Origin: Octopus sinensis
Taxonomy: Eukaryota
DNA length: 64,000 bases
Reading direction: 5' to 3'
NCBI RefSeq assembly: GCF_006345805.1
Contig: NC_042998.1
Coordinates: forward strand, 2,418,001-2,482,000
Shown: positions 37,615 through 50,572 of the stretch, one piece after another
Numbering within the stretch: the stretch's first letter is position 1
Layout: each line of letters starts with the position of its first letter
Position numbers and translations under genes: made by a program
The notes under the pieces: generated by a model
What the model was told of the DNA's origin: nothing
Databases searched by the model: none
What the model saw: only the letters and a program-made list of their open reading frames with translations

Positions 37615-38460
37615 TCAACCCTTCAGCATTTAAACTGACCATATCAAGGCCAGATATTCTACCTGTTTTATATACAGACTGGCCAGATCTGGCCTCTCAC
37701 ACCTACCCTACAAAGTCATTCTAAAAATAAACAGTCACACCATTGAAATCTTCAAGCTATGAAATAATGTGTGAATTAATTCAAAAGAATGTAAATATGC
37801 TACATTTGATGGAGTAATCTGAATGCGTCCATGCTGCCAACAAAGCACGCGGAGTTCTGTTCTTGATTCGACGGTCATTCGGAATGCTCACAGCAGCCAT
37901 ATTCCTACTGCTCTATGTCACGCTAGTGAGACCCATATTGGAGTACGGGATTCAAGCCTCTTCTCCTTATCTCCTCAAAGACATACAGCATCTCGAAAGA
38001 GTCCAGAAGCTGGCTACCCGCATGGTTCTTGGTCTCAAGCATTTGTCTTATGAAGAAAGGCTGAGGACGCTCGACCTTTATTCTCTAGAAAAACGCCGCC
38101 GCCGTGGTGATCTCATTCTCGCCCACAACATCATAAGCGGAAAGTGTAACCTCTCGAAAGAGCTGTTCTTCACTCCTGCTCCAGAGCGTCAGCTGTGGGG
38201 TCATTTCGAAAAGCTCTATCTGCGACGATTTCATCTCGATCGAAGGAGAGGGGCTTTCTCCGTCCGGGTTGCGGATCCGTGGAATAAGCTGCCGGACGAG
38301 ATGGTGAAGATGCCGACGACCGCTCGGTTCAGAGTCTCCCTTGACCACAAGTGGCCTGAACTCTTTACATGACCACCACCCTGTACATAACTCCATGTCC
38401 CCCTACATGGCCTTGCTGTTTTGCTTTTTGAGCCAAAAAATTAACTAACTAAAGGGTCAA
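37615..38460. mobile_element. TTAA MITE family A with a CR1 fragment inserted in its terminal repeat
   Basis: Host end GAATGC^TAAAGGGTCAA is split by the LINE. Confidence 0.72.
37827..38449 (+). mobile_element. 5'-truncated CR1-group LINE (open ORF2 C-terminus 37863-38372, (CTAA)n tail)
   Basis: LYVTLVRPILEYG...ERVQKLATRMV...LSYEERL..LDLYSLEKRRRRGDLI...FSVRVADPWNKLP; CpGs retained, no stops, so probably young. Confidence 0.9.
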
Positions 38461-38959
38461 ATATTCATTTGTAATGTGGCGTTGCACACTGTTTGTCAGT
38501 GACCCGGTCGCAATTTCAAGTGATGAAAATTTTGACTCCATATTTACAAATAAATGTTTTTATGAAGTTTATAGTCTTACAATGGTTCTGATTGGCTAAT
38601 TTGTATCTTCCACACTGCAATTGCTAATTTGTAGTTGTTCTTACTGTTAATTATTCTTTCACATTTGCTACAAAGGAAATCTTTAATCTCTATCACCCTG
38701 CCTCTGATCCCATGACATTTTTTTTATGCACTCATATTTTACGCTAAGTTTACCGTGTAGAATTCCTGTGTATACTTCTCAATATGTCAAACGTGGCCAT
38801 TCTCAGCTGGTAGTAGCATTCTGTCTCCTTTCCTTCAAACACATTTGTTCTGCCATTCAGCTGTGAGGACTAGGCCATAGGCATACAGAAATTCCTGCAG
38901 CCAGCCAGTTGGTCATGAGGATATTGTCAGGTTCTGATGGCATGGAATATAAACATACA

Positions 38960-39130
38960 TATAAGGCGGCAAGTTGGCAAAATCGTTAACACGCTGGGCG
39001 AAATGCTTACCGATGTTTTGTCTGTCTTTACATTCTGAGTTCAAATTTTGCTGAGGTTGACTTTGCCTTTCGTCCTTTTGAGGGCGATAAATTAAGTACC
39101 AGTTGTGTACTGGGGTCAATATAATTGAGT
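38960..39130 (+). mobile_element. Meta-domain-like SINE, 3'-truncated
   Basis: GGCGGCAAGTTGGCAAAATCGTTA...GAGGTTGACTTTGCCTTTC...TTAAGTACCAG. Confidence 0.78.
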
Positions 39131-39169
39131 AGAAAAGAATATAAGAATGCACATTCATACACATGTACA

Positions 39170-39470
39170 CACATGCTTCTCTGCTAGTTCTTCAACAGTT
39201 ATAATGAGATTTTGTTCCACCAGGGTTTGCAGGATGTCCTCGGCAAGCTCCACAGATCTTCCAGGACAAGGCTTGTCTTGTTGGCTGTAGTTTCCAACTC
39301 GGAATTTCTGGAACCACTGTTGACACTGGCTTATGCTTATTGTCTGATCACCAGCTAATGCATTAATATTCCTCACACTTTCCATTGCATTGTTGCTTTT
39401 ATTGAACTCATAAAGCAAAATATGTCAAATATGCTCCTTTGCACTTCCATTATAGCTTTGCAAAAATAAC
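39170..39470 (-). pseudogene. Mariner transposase N-terminal HTH remnant
   Basis: LYEFNKSNNAMESVRNINALAGDQTISISQCQQWFQKFRVGNYSQQDKPCPGRS matches the mariner HTH pattern (WF.KFR.G...L.D.PR.GR); ends abruptly. Confidence 0.82.
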
Positions 39471-40499
39471 TGCAAATTTTGAAGAGTCTTCTGCTATAGT
39501 CTCAGGCCAACCAAAGCCTTGTGAGTGGATTTGGTAGATGGAATATAATAATGCCAAGTTTATTCAAGATTATTCTTGAAATTAATAAAAAGAAATACCA
39601 TCATCATCTCATGTCTAGTTTCCATACTGGCAGGAGTTGGACTTCTGGCATATGTTGTTTGAAGCTGAAACTTTATTCTAATGGGCATAAGATATGCATC
39701 CTTTTCTTGCTTTGATCATATTATTGGTAAGTACGACAGTTAGCTGTAGCTGCACTTGTTTACCTAGACACAGGTAAATGAAATACAGACATTTCCAATT
39801 CCACTTGTTTATTTGCATGTGTGCATGCATGTGTGAGTGTGTGTGTGCATGCATGAATGATTTAGCTTAAAAAAAGCTCTTGAAACTATTTTTGGAGGAA
39901 TATTTAAAAGCCATTTCAGTGTAGAGTGAGAATTACACTAATAGATCATGCATCTTCATGCGTGGTGGTCTTGTGCTAAAATAATTACCACTAATGAATC
40001 CTAATGCCATTTGCGGTTTGTTTCAATTCATAAATCCTCGTGACTTCTGGTGAGTGACCATGTTCTAAACGTAGGAATGGAGAGGGCAAGAATTTGTTAT
40101 TGTGAACCAATGCATACATAAAAACATGCAAAATATGCTGTTGCATCTCTGGCAGATTGACAGAGAACTCGGATGCATTGGATGTAATGGAGCAATTAGC
40201 ATTAGGAGCACCCATAAATTGTTCAGAAGGCTCATTATGTGTTAAAGATAAGCTCCTATTATCTGGGTAACATAATTAGTGCTGCTGGCGTGGTGGTGGT
40301 GGTAGTAGAAGTATAGTAGCTTGAGATGGAGTAGCAGAAGTTGAAAGAGCTTTTGCTACTGATAGCAGCAAGTGACTCTCTTTACTGGTGCAAAAGACAG
40401 ACTATGTGAAGTGTGCTGCTGCATGGCAGTGAGCCATAGATACCGAGTATAAAAGGTCTGCAGAGGTTCATGTTAGCTGGCATAGAAAGCAGTGCACAA

Positions 40500-40931
40500 T
40501 TAACCCTTTAACATGTAAACCGACCATATCTTACTTGTACTTGTACTTGTGACGGCGTTCACCCAGGGTGGGTTGAGCTGGTTTCGTCTCTGGTCCTGAT
40601 GGCATCACGAGCCATGGCGGCCACGCTCGATGGTCCTGTGCGAGGTCACAGGAGATAGCAAGCCATTCGCAGTTCCATATGCGCAGACTGACCAACCACC
40701 TGTGGACCTGAGATCCTTCTTCTATGACCATATCTGGCCAAAATATTTAACCTGTTTTATGTTGAAACTGGCCAGATCCAACTTCTCACCCCAATCCTAC
40801 AATGTTATTCTGAAACTAAACAATCACATCTTCGAAGTCTTAAAGCAATGGAATAATGTATGTTTAATTCAAAACAATATAAGTAAGCAAACATTATATT
40901 TGATAGAGTAAATTGAATACTGAAGAGTTAA
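40500..40931. mobile_element. TTAA MITE family A interrupted by an RTE LINE 3' end
   Basis: TTAACCCTTTAAC... host start; degenerate ...GAAGAGTTAA end. Confidence 0.7.
40532..40725 (-). mobile_element. 5'-truncated RTE-type LINE 3' end with (CAAGTA)n tail and 10-bp TSD
   Basis: TSD GACCATATCT at 40522-40531 and 40726-40735; translation DLAQDHRAW resembles the RTE ORF end (AQDR..WR). Confidence 0.75.
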
Positions 40932-41541
40932 GAAGGCTGTTAGCTGATGTATGCAGGAGAGATGTCTGAGCTGGTAGCAACATGTGAGGTAAATGGGCAA
41001 TAAGTGATGGGGGTTAACATATGTGTCAATGGAAGACTGAGAAAGTGCCAAATGTGATGTCAGGATCTTAAGAGTAGTGTAGTGACATTGGCCAGATCAA
41101 CTACACCACCAAATAATATATTCTGGTTGCTATATGCTCTATAATAAACTGGTTGGACCTGAGGTAAATATGGGGAAATATGCAGAAGGTTTGAATGCTT
41201 GGAAAAATTCACTCAAATGGTAGACCTTACATAGTAGCATAAGGGTTCAGGTTCATGTAGATGAACCCCAACTCTACATAGTCTGAAGTTACAATGGGAG
41301 TTAGGCAGGGCTGCTCACTGGGGCAAAACTTTTTCTCACTTTATTTTCCAGTGATACTTTGGAAACCATTCTGCAATGCAGCTGAAGTTCTGTACATAGA
41401 GACAAGACTAAGACCACAAACATGTTACTGAAAGAAATGTCATTTGCTGGTGTCTCTGCTCTCATCTCCCATAGTGTAGAGGACTGCAGAGCTTGATGGG
41501 TGCTTTTGACAGTGCAGCCAGAAAGATTGGCTTGAAAATTG

Positions 41542-41937
41542 AGGAGTGGCTGTGTGGTAAGTAGCTTGCTTACCAACCACATGGTTCTGGGTTCAGTCCC
41601 ACTGCGTGGAACTTTGGGCAAGTGTCTTCTACTATAGCCTCAGGCCGACCAAAGCCTTGTGAGTGGATTTGGTAGACGGAAACTGAAAGAAGCCTGTCAT
41701 ATATATGTATATATATATGCGTGTGTGTGTGTGTTTGTGTGTCTGTTTTACCCACCCAACATCACTTGACAACTGATGCTGGAGTGTTTACGTCCCCATA
41801 ACTTAGTAGTTTGGCAAAAGAGATCGATAGAATAAGTACTAGGCTTACAAAGAATAAGTCCTGGGGTCGATTTGCTCGACTAAAGGTGGTGCTCCAGCAT
41901 GGCCACAGTCAAATGACTGAAACAAGTAAAAGAGAGT
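41542..41937 (+). mobile_element. Near-full-length CORE-type SINE
   Basis: Colinear with 1381-1786, with more CpG decay. Confidence 0.87.
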
Positions 41938-42333
41938 ATCCAGAAGATTGAAGTTCTTTATCTGCTAGGTCTTGATTTGAGCTGAGTGGAACAATCTCCT
42001 CCCATCTTTACTGACAGTAAAGGTAAACCAATATATTTTTCTGACAGTACAATCAATAGCGATGGCAAAGCACTGTGACTAACTAGATCACAACATAAGC
42101 ATTTGGAAGAATGAGAGAGTGACTGTGGAACAACAAACACAGTCTTGGTTCATATGAAGTGCAAAGTATACGGAGTAACAACGATAATAAAATCCACTCA
42201 TTTATGGATTGGAGGCATGGACGATATATTGAAAACAGGCTCAAAAATGTTGCATGCATTCATGATGAAACACAAGACAGATCATGAACATCATAGCAAA
42301 AGGCAAGACCAAGAACACTCATCCTAGAAAAAG

Positions 42334-42561
42334 TTAACCCTTTCGTTACCAACCCGGCTGAAACCGGTTCTGGTTTTGAGTACAAATGTCTTGTTTTCAT
42401 AAGTTTTGAATTAAAATCTTCCACCAAACCTTAGTCACAATTTATTTTCCTAACACTAGCTGAATGACAACTAAGTTATTTTACTAAATTCTTTGTTATA
42501 TTTAAAGTAATTGAAAGAAATACAGAGCATCTCAAAATAAATATGGTAACGAAAGGGTTAA
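42334..42561. mobile_element. TTAA MITE family B, intact
   Basis: TTAA-CCCTTTCGTTACC...GGTAACGAAAGGG-TTAA. Confidence 0.88.
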
Positions 42562-43175
42562 GATTCTTAACATGGAGAAGATATTCTGAAATATCTTTTC
42601 CATTTTTCCATGCTGAAACTCCCCACTGGTTTGGACACATTCAAAGAATAGATTGCCATGACAACTAACTCTACTTATAGTTGTTAGTAGTAGTGTTAGT
42701 ATGAAAAATTGGAATAAACTCTAATTGAGATAAAAGGGTTCGGCTAAAGAGATTGGAGATTAGCATTTGCAACAGGACTGTGGTCGGTGAGGACAGAAAC
42801 AAGTAGAGAAGATCAACTTACTTATGACACTACAGCCTACAACATTTGTCATGGATAATTATTGTTGACTCTTTATAGGCTGTTTATTAATAGGACGACA
42901 ATGATGATAGTGGTGGCTAGATAGATAGGTAGATATATTTGAATGTAATGGTTGTTGTTACAGTCCGCCACAAGAGGATAGTTGACTGACTTATTAAAGC
43001 TATGCTAATTGGAGGAACATCATAGACTGTAAATATACTGTAGATGGCAGACCAATTTTGTGATAAGCAGTTAAATGTAGTTCATATACTCCCACTTACA
43101 AGTTGTATGCAAATTTCAGTTTGGATGTGAAACCTAATATAACAGAACTCACCAAGTAAAAACTTAGTGAACATA

Positions 43176-43772
43176 GGCGTAGGAGTGGCTGTGTGGTAAG
43201 CAGCTTGCTTACCAATCACATGGTTCCAGGTTCAGTCCCACTGCGTGGCACCTTGGGCAAGTGTCTTCTGCTATATAGCCTCAGGCTAACCAAAGCCTTG
43301 TGAGTGGATTTGGTAGACGGAAACTGAAAGAAGCCTGTCATATGTGTGTATATGTTTGTGTGTCTGTGTTTGTTCCCCAACCATCGCTTGACAACCTATT
43401 TCTTTATTACCCACAAGGGGCTAAACACAGAGGGGACAAACAAGGACAGACATAGGTATTAAGTCGATTACATCGACCCCAGTGCGTAACTGGTACTTAA
43501 TTTATCGACCTTGGCGGAATTCGAACTCACAACGTAACGCAGATGAAATACCACTAAGGATTTCGCCCGGCGTGCTAATGTTTCTGCCAGCTCGCCATCA
43601 CTTGACAACCAATGCTGGTGTGTTTACGTCCCCGTAACTTAGCTGTTCAGCGAAAGAGACCAATAGAATAAGTACTAGGCTTATAAAGAATAAGTCCTGG
43701 AGTCGATTTGCTCGACTGAAAGGTGCTACTGCATGGCCGCAGTCAAATGACTGAAACAAGTACAAGAGTAAA
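43176..43772 (+). mobile_element. CORE-type SINE interrupted by a Meta-type SINE
   Basis: Host halves colinear with family consensus. Confidence 0.85.
43397..43594 (-). mobile_element. Meta-domain-like SINE with 16-bp TSD (one mismatch)
   Basis: CCATCGCTTGACAACC at 43381-43396 and CCATCACTTGACAACC at 43595-43610. Confidence 0.85.
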
Positions 43773-43808
43773 TAGAGTTTGGTCCTAGCAGTGGAACAAA
43801 AGACAACA

Positions 43809-44033
43809 ACCCTTTTAGCATTTAAGCCAGCCATATCTGACCCAAATATTCTTCCCTTTTTTATGTTCAAACGAGCCAGATTGAGCTTCTCACACCTACC
43901 CTACAATGTCATGCCTCAAGTAAAGAATCCCATCATTGAAACTTTGAAGCTACAAGACAAAGCATGAGTAATTCACAACAATGTGAATAAATAAGCATTA
44001 CATTTGATAGAGTGATCAGAATGCTAAAGGGTC
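43809..44033. mobile_element. TTAA MITE family A, uninterrupted copy
   Basis: CCCTTTTAGCATTT...GAATGCTAAAGGGTCAA. Confidence 0.75.
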
Positions 44034-45048
44034 AATGCTTATAAACAATTAAGGATTCCTAATATGGGCAACTGACCAGAAATTTCAAGGCAAGAAATGA
44101 TTGATTAGATTGACCTTAATAATTTGAGTGATCCTTATTTTTATCAACCTCATGTTGTTAAAAGTCAAGCCAACACGAACAAGGTATACTTATGTATACA
44201 TAAAATACATACACACAAATATACTTTTGTATACTGCTTCTACCATTCACATTTCAGTTGAACAAAATAATGAAAGAATAAAAACATGCATAGTACTAAC
44301 AAGTACTAACAAGTACTAACAAATTTTTTTTAATAAATTTGAACCTCTGTAAATATGGTCTCATCACCTGAACTTGGAGGTCTTTAATGAAGTCTGCTTC
44401 ATTGCAAGTATTTGAACCAAGTGCAAGGATAAAGCAATATCTTGATATCCTGTTTTCCAACTGCTGTATCCCAAGAGTCAAAAGCTTTTATATCTTATTT
44501 CCCCACATCAGTTTGGTAGTTCCCCGCAAAGGTCATGGATGTTGCTCCTTCTTCTCTAAGCAAAAAAAAAAAAAAAAAGACCATAGTAAATATGCATCAT
44601 GCAAACATTGTTTTGTGCCTTAAGCAAAACATGTTGCTCTACTTATCTGGTTGACGGAGATGAAAATACCAACAAGTAAGAGTGGGATTGATATCAGCTG
44701 CTTATTCTCCCTCCCCACTCAGCTGAAAATAGCTACCAGAATATTGCCTGTACTGGGGAGGCTTCTAAAGTTGGGAAATTAGACACTTAGAGCCAACAAC
44801 AACAACAACAACAAAGTGCACATCAATCAAGAAGGGGCTGTGGACAAGCAGGAATCCACCCCCAAGGTTGTTGGATTGTTAGAAAGCTGTGAAACATTTG
44901 CTCTCTCTCTCTCATGTTGCAAAAGTAAAAATTTTCTGAATTATCCAGTATTTCATCTTAATATATTTTGAAGACTACTCTTTTATTGAATTAATGTTAT
45001 AGAAAAAGAAAAAGAAACTGAAGTGAGTGTTTGTAGAATACTCTAGAG

Positions 45049-45319
45049 CAGCGTTTCTCAGCCTTTTACCCTTGTATAACCCTTAAAATAAATTACATGT
45101 CTCAAGGAACCCTTGCACAAAACAAAAAAAATTATATACTATGTCTTTCTCATATTTTTTCATCTTAGTTCATTTGGTAAATATCATATATATATCTATA
45201 TATATATCTATATATATTTCAATCATGAAATTAGCATCAGCTTATCTCACTCTTTCTCACAGAACCCCTAGGAACCTTTTGCACCTAGGGTTCTAGGGAA
45301 CCCCAGTTGAGAAATGCTG
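45049..45319. mobile_element. hAT (Charlie-type) MITE with 8-bp TSD
   Basis: TIRs CAGCGTTTCTCA / TGAGAAATGCTG; TSD CTCTAGAG at 45041-45048 and 45320-45327 fits the NTCTAGAN preference of Charlie elements. Confidence 0.88.
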
Positions 45320-45949
45320 CTCTAGAGTTTGTGTTGGAATGATATAGATGTCTGTTAGAATATAGATATCTGAATATAAATATGTCTGGATATTATCAAT
45401 ATGAATTTTGGAAGAAAGAATATGACCAAATATCCAAAAGCTAACAAGGTGTAAGTTAAGGGGAATGTACTGAATTCTGGATGCAAGCAGTTTTTAATTA
45501 ACTGTTATTTCCTTCACAATTGAAGAACCATCTGGTGGGAATTGATAGTATCCCCCCCTCTCTAAAGAAGATATTATTTCATGAAGTTTAGGATTTACCT
45601 TGAAATTAATTTACATTCTTAGAAGGAAAGTATAATCTTTATTTGCATCCAATGGACAATTATGTTCATGTTTCAGTCTGTAAGACCTCATCAGCATAGC
45701 ATGGTCTACTTAAGCCTATGTGATCAGTTTACAAACTTTTTACTTGAAAAAGAATTACAAATAATTTAGCAAGTATAATTTGCATAATTAATTAGTTAAT
45801 TTTATTTTTGTAATTCAAATTGCAAAAACTACTTCTACAGTACTGGTTCCTATTTTTTTTCATGATTACTCTTATTTATCACCTTAAATACTGTGGAGAC
45901 TTCCAAATGATTTTAAATAAAAACTGGAATTTATTGAAACTATATTTAA

Positions 45950-46178
45950 TAACACTTTTGATACCAAGCTGCCCAAGACCACCCTTGGCTCTATGATACA
46001 AAGTTCCTGTTTTGAAGTGATCTAAATTAAAACGTTTCATTGAAATTCCATGTTAATTTATGCACCAAACACCAAAGTTATTAAATTCTTCACTGTTTTC
46101 ATGTTAACTGAAACGGAGGCAGTTTATCTTAACAAGAATATAGTAAGGAAGGGGTTAAGCATACATATTTGGAAAAAT
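45950..46178. mobile_element. TTAA MITE family C, uninterrupted diverged copy
   Basis: TTAATAACACTTTTGATACC...GTAAGGAAGGGGTTAA; colinear with the 16164-16820 host. Confidence 0.65.
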
Positions 46179-46339
46179 AACTGCTGAACACTATAGTGAA
46201 GTCCCTTTAGTATTATTAATGAAATTTTAAGCTAAATAAACACTTGTTTACTGAATAAACAATGGTTAAATTAGAGTTCAAGGTTAACTATTATTACTGT
46301 AATACTTTTAGGTTGAGTAAAACGTATGTATCTCAAAAG

Positions 46340-46415
46340 CAATGAAATCAACCTATTTTTTGAAAGGAATCATCAATGGTGATGAAAAATGGATTGTCTG
46401 CAACATCAATTCGTG
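46340..46415 (+). pseudogene. Mariner transposase catalytic-domain fragment
   Basis: Translates FLKGIINGDEKWIVCN, matching mariner FL.RIITGDEKW (first D of the triad). Confidence 0.65.
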
Positions 46416-46947
46416 ACACAAATGAACTTTACAAGCAGTCTCTGTATCTACCACTCTTTACTCTTGTATTTGACTAAGAAATATATAGCTTCGTTTGATA
46501 CTATAAAGACAGATCTTTTATGGTGAATCCCACTTATGTAACATAGCAACACCTGCATCCCATAGGCTTTCACTTCAGGAGCAGAAAATATTTCTGCTTT
46601 GATCAGCTGTTGACTTTCAACAGAGCTTAAGTAGGACCCAGAATAGAGTACAACTCTCGTATCTGATGCTGCTGCTGCTGCTGTGCTTATAGACATACTT
46701 AGATTGAATCTAAAGAAGGCCATTTAACTGATTAGGTAAGATTTAGCAACACACTACAACATCTGATTCACAGGCTTACTGTTTTGTTACTCTGACTATC
46801 CTATCGTAACTGCAACTAGCAACTCACTTTCATCCAGGCCCTACACTAATCTTTACAAGCTCTCACTGTCCATGTTCTTCCTGCAAGCATTCTGTCCCCT
46901 CAAATCCAAGGACTCTTAAGGCTGGTTACTCAGTTTCCATGGCATAT

Positions 46948-47254
46948 TTAAAAAAATTTTTTTTTAATGCACCCTTTTCAAACCTAGCCAGGCTCATGGG
47001 CCTGGTTTCCCAGTTTCTGTGGCGTATGTGTTTCCCCCAGCTGGACAGGACGCCAGTCCATCACAGCGTTACCCAAAAAACAGGAAGAAAGCGTAAGAGA
47101 AAGTTGGGCGAAAGAGTACAACCCCCTGCCGGAGCCTCGTGGAGCTTTAGGTGTTTTCGCTCAATAAACACACACAACGCCTGGTCTGGGAATCGAAACC
47201 GCGATCCTCCGACCGCGAGTCTGCTGCCCTAACCATTGGGCCATTGCGCCTCCC
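46948..47254 (-). mobile_element. Young tRNA-headed SINE with V-domain-like body and 13-bp TSD
   Basis: Head GGAGGCGCAATGGCCCAATGGTTAGGG (A box) and GGTTTCGATTCCC (B box); body GATGGACTGGCGTCCTGTCCAG; TSD TTCCATGGCATAT at 46935-46947 and 47255-47267. Confidence 0.85.
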
Positions 47255-47677
47255 TTCCATGGCATATAATGACAATATATATCCCTTGAATCTGATGCCA
47301 GTCTGTTGCCAGGTTCAAGGTCAGCAAGTTTTGAGGGGAAGGTCAAATTGATTACATTTTGACCTGTACTTTTTTTTTTATCGACCTCAAAGGGATGAAA
47401 GGCAAAGTTGACCTCTGTGGGATTTTTGAACTCAGAATGTAAAGAGCCAGAGGAAATGCCATTAAGAATTTTGACTGCCATGCTCATGATTCTGCCAAAT
47501 TTCTGTCTTACCTACAAGCATGACTTAAAGATATTCAAGCTAAATATCAGTTATATTTATTTCACTGTTCTTGGGGATTCTGTGAAATAATAGGGGTGCT
47601 GTCTTTTCCTTTTTAGTATACCATTAAAAATGAATTCATCTCAGAAATTAGTTACTCTAAGACAAATACAAGATAGC

Positions 47678-47906
47678 TTAACACTTTCGTTACTAACCCG
47701 ACCAAAACTGGCTCTGGCTCTGTAGTACAAATGTCTTGTTTTCATAAGTTTTGCATCAAAATATACCACCAAACCTTAGTTGCAATTTATGTTCCTAACA
47801 CTAGCTTAATGATGACTAAGTTATTTTACTAAATTCTTTGTTATATTTAAAATAATTGAAAGAAACACAGAGCATCTCAAAATAAATACAGTAACGAAAG
47901 GGTTAA
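47678..47906. mobile_element. TTAA MITE family B
   Basis: TTAA-CACTTTCGTTAC...GTAACGAAAGGG-TTAA. Confidence 0.85.
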
Positions 47907-49114
47907 AGCAAAAAAAAAAAGAACCTCTCAGCACATACAAAAGAAATGATGTGCTATGGGACACAACATACAACATTGCCAACACTTAACTCGTGACAGC
48001 ATGAAAAAAGTAGACAAAAATATTGATGATGATATATACCATAGCATCCATTTGGAAGATGATTAAAGGCTATCAAAGCAAGTAGTTGGTCTGAATATTA
48101 TGTTAGCACTTGTATCTATGTTGTTATACTTAGCTCCTAGTAAACTCTGAGTAGACTTGTGATCAGGTGAAATGCAAGCCATAGACATCATGTCTTTTCC
48201 AGACATGGGGTATTCAGAATTACATGGTTTTTATGTACCCTTCCATTTTTTTTTTAGTGTGATTTGGGAGAGATTTAACTGTAGTTTCTAGCCAGTGAAA
48301 TATTTATGTATATTAGTAATGGGTAAACTGCAGTCTGCTAGACTTTCTGAATGGCAAGTCTAATGAAAAGTTACCTTGATTTTTTTTTGCTTAGTAGTGT
48401 GGCTAAGCTGATGATGAACCATGTCTCATGTAGCTTGCTTCTTGAAAAAAAGGTGGCCCATGCTTGATACTGATGGAGGTTCCCTCATTCGCTTGAGTGA
48501 TTGGCTCTTTTATTGGTTTGAGCAAAGGTTGTCTTGTTGCTTGAACAATCATGTAAAAGGCTTCCTTGACTGTATGTTTATTACATAGCTGTAACTAACA
48601 CAGAAGAATATAAATTTAATTCATTAAAATAAGAAAAATGTCAAGAGGAAGAAATCGTGTTGAAAATGCCAAGATAATATACACGTTTTATTTAGGTTAA
48701 TCATTGACATCATAGAATTTATTAATTTTGAGAGAACATGAAATAATCATTCTTTTTTGACATGGTGGATGTCCAAGTTATTGACCTGTAATTCATGGCA
48801 GTTTTATTCTTTGCAAAACAGAACTGTTTTAGTTAATCATATTTCAGGAATGTCATACGAGATGTGATCGAGAATAAACTGTGGAGGCATATAAATTCTT
48901 CATTAATTTTAGTTCAGGGAAAAAGAAAACTAAAAAAAAGAAAATTTCAATAACTGTAAATTATCACCATTAAATTAGGTAATTACTTTTGAATTTCAAG
49001 TTTCTGTTCCTCTGCTAATTTGGTATTTACTCTGCTGTTCACTTGGCACATAAGTTATTCCAGTGAAATTTTACTGATGATCTGTACCATCATTTAACTT
49101 AGATATTTACAAGT

Positions 49115-49506
49115 GGAGTGACTGTGTGGTAAGTAGCTTGCTTACCAACCACATGGTTCCGGGTTAAGTCCCACTGTGTGGCACCTTGAGCAAATGTCTT
49201 CTACTATAGCCTTGGGCTGACCAAAGCCTTGTGAGTGGATTTGGTAGACGGAAACTGAAAGAAGCTCGTCGTATATATGTGTATATGTATGTGTGTGTGT
49301 ATATGTTGTCTGTCTGTGTTTGTCCCCCCAACATTGCTTGACAACTGATGCTGGTGTGTTACGTCCCCGTCACTTAGCGGTTCGGCAAAATAGACCGAAA
49401 GAATAAGTACTGGGCTTACAAAGAATAAGTCCTAGGGTCGTTTTGCTCGACTAAAGGTGGTGCTCCAGCATGGCCGCAGTCAAATGACTGAAACAAGTAA
49501 AAGAGT
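49115..49506 (+). mobile_element. CORE-type SINE
   Basis: Colinear with family consensus. Confidence 0.87.
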
Positions 49507-50166
49507 AACTTGTTTTTCGATTTTTTTTTTTTTTTCCATGTGAATATTTAGTGGAGGAGAATATTTTGCCTGAATCAAAGCATGTCATTTGAAATGAGAC
49601 AGTACAGTGTTGAATTCAGTGTCACTGAATAACTGTAATCTATTCTGAAACATGGGAATATCTTGTCAAGCAATTGATGTAGTTCAAAGGCTAAGATACA
49701 CTAACCATATCTGACATGTCATGCCTTGTAGAAAAATGATTGTTTTGTTAGTATTCTTGTCACAAACTATATTTTGTGTGTCAGGCCATTTATCCTAACA
49801 TTTCAAACTTGGAATATATAATCTTTCTGTACACCTGATAGATTGTGATAATTAATTTGGGAAACATTGTATTTAGTTATGTTTGGTTAGTCAGTTGAAT
49901 GGTGTTTTAATTTGTCCATACCATTCTACCCCAGACTATCCCTGATTCTCTGTCACCAAACCACCCCAAAGGCCTCTCTTAACCCTTTTGCTGTAGAAAT
50001 CAGATATATCTTCCAATTTCATCACTTTTAACTGTGTAAAGCATTTAGCAGTCATCTTTTTTTTGTGAATGTCATGTTTGGAACAATTTTTTTATTGAGA
50101 TATATGAAACTGATTGAGGCAGAAGATATTTTAACATCACCACTGGAATAGTTGTGAAGTTTAAAT

Positions 50167-50572
50167 GTAGCTTGCTTACCAACCACATGGTTCCGGGTTC
50201 AGTCCCACTGCGTGGCATCTTGGACAAGTGTCTTCTGCTATAGCCCCGGGCCGACCAATGCCTTGTGAGTGGATTTGGTAGACGGAAACTGAAAGAAGCC
50301 TGTCGTATATATGTATATATATATATGTATGTGTGTGTATATATATATATATAAGTGCGTGTGTGTGTTTGTGTGTCCGTGTTTGTCCCCCTAGCATTGC
50401 TTGACAACCAATGCTGGTGTGTTTACGTCCCCGTCACTTAGTGGTTCGGCAAAAGAGACCGATAGAATAAGTACTGGGTTTACAAAGAATAAGTCCCGGG
50501 GTCGATTTGCTCGACTAAAGGTGGTGCTCCAGCATGGCCGCAGTCAAATGACTGAAACAAGTAAAAGAGAGT
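50167..50572 (+). mobile_element. CORE-type SINE, same young subfamily as 1381-1786
   Basis: Shares GGCATCTTGG, CTGCTATAGCCCCGGGCCGACCAATGCC and TAGCATTGCTTGAC with the 1381 copy. Confidence 0.87.

Noticed and set aside
30405-44320. Short local tandem duplications (15-bp x3 at ~30405, 10-bp x3 at ~44292; also 12-bp x2 at ~19158)
   Set aside because: Ordinary slippage products with no further structure.
46448-46723. 91-aa minus-strand ORF with poly-Ala
   Set aside because: No convincing splice context or homology; includes a short (GCA)n tract.
47170-47254. tRNA-like sequence
   Set aside because: It is the head of a SINE bounded by a 13-bp TSD; SINE heads at 1381, 37121 and elsewhere are rejected likewise.
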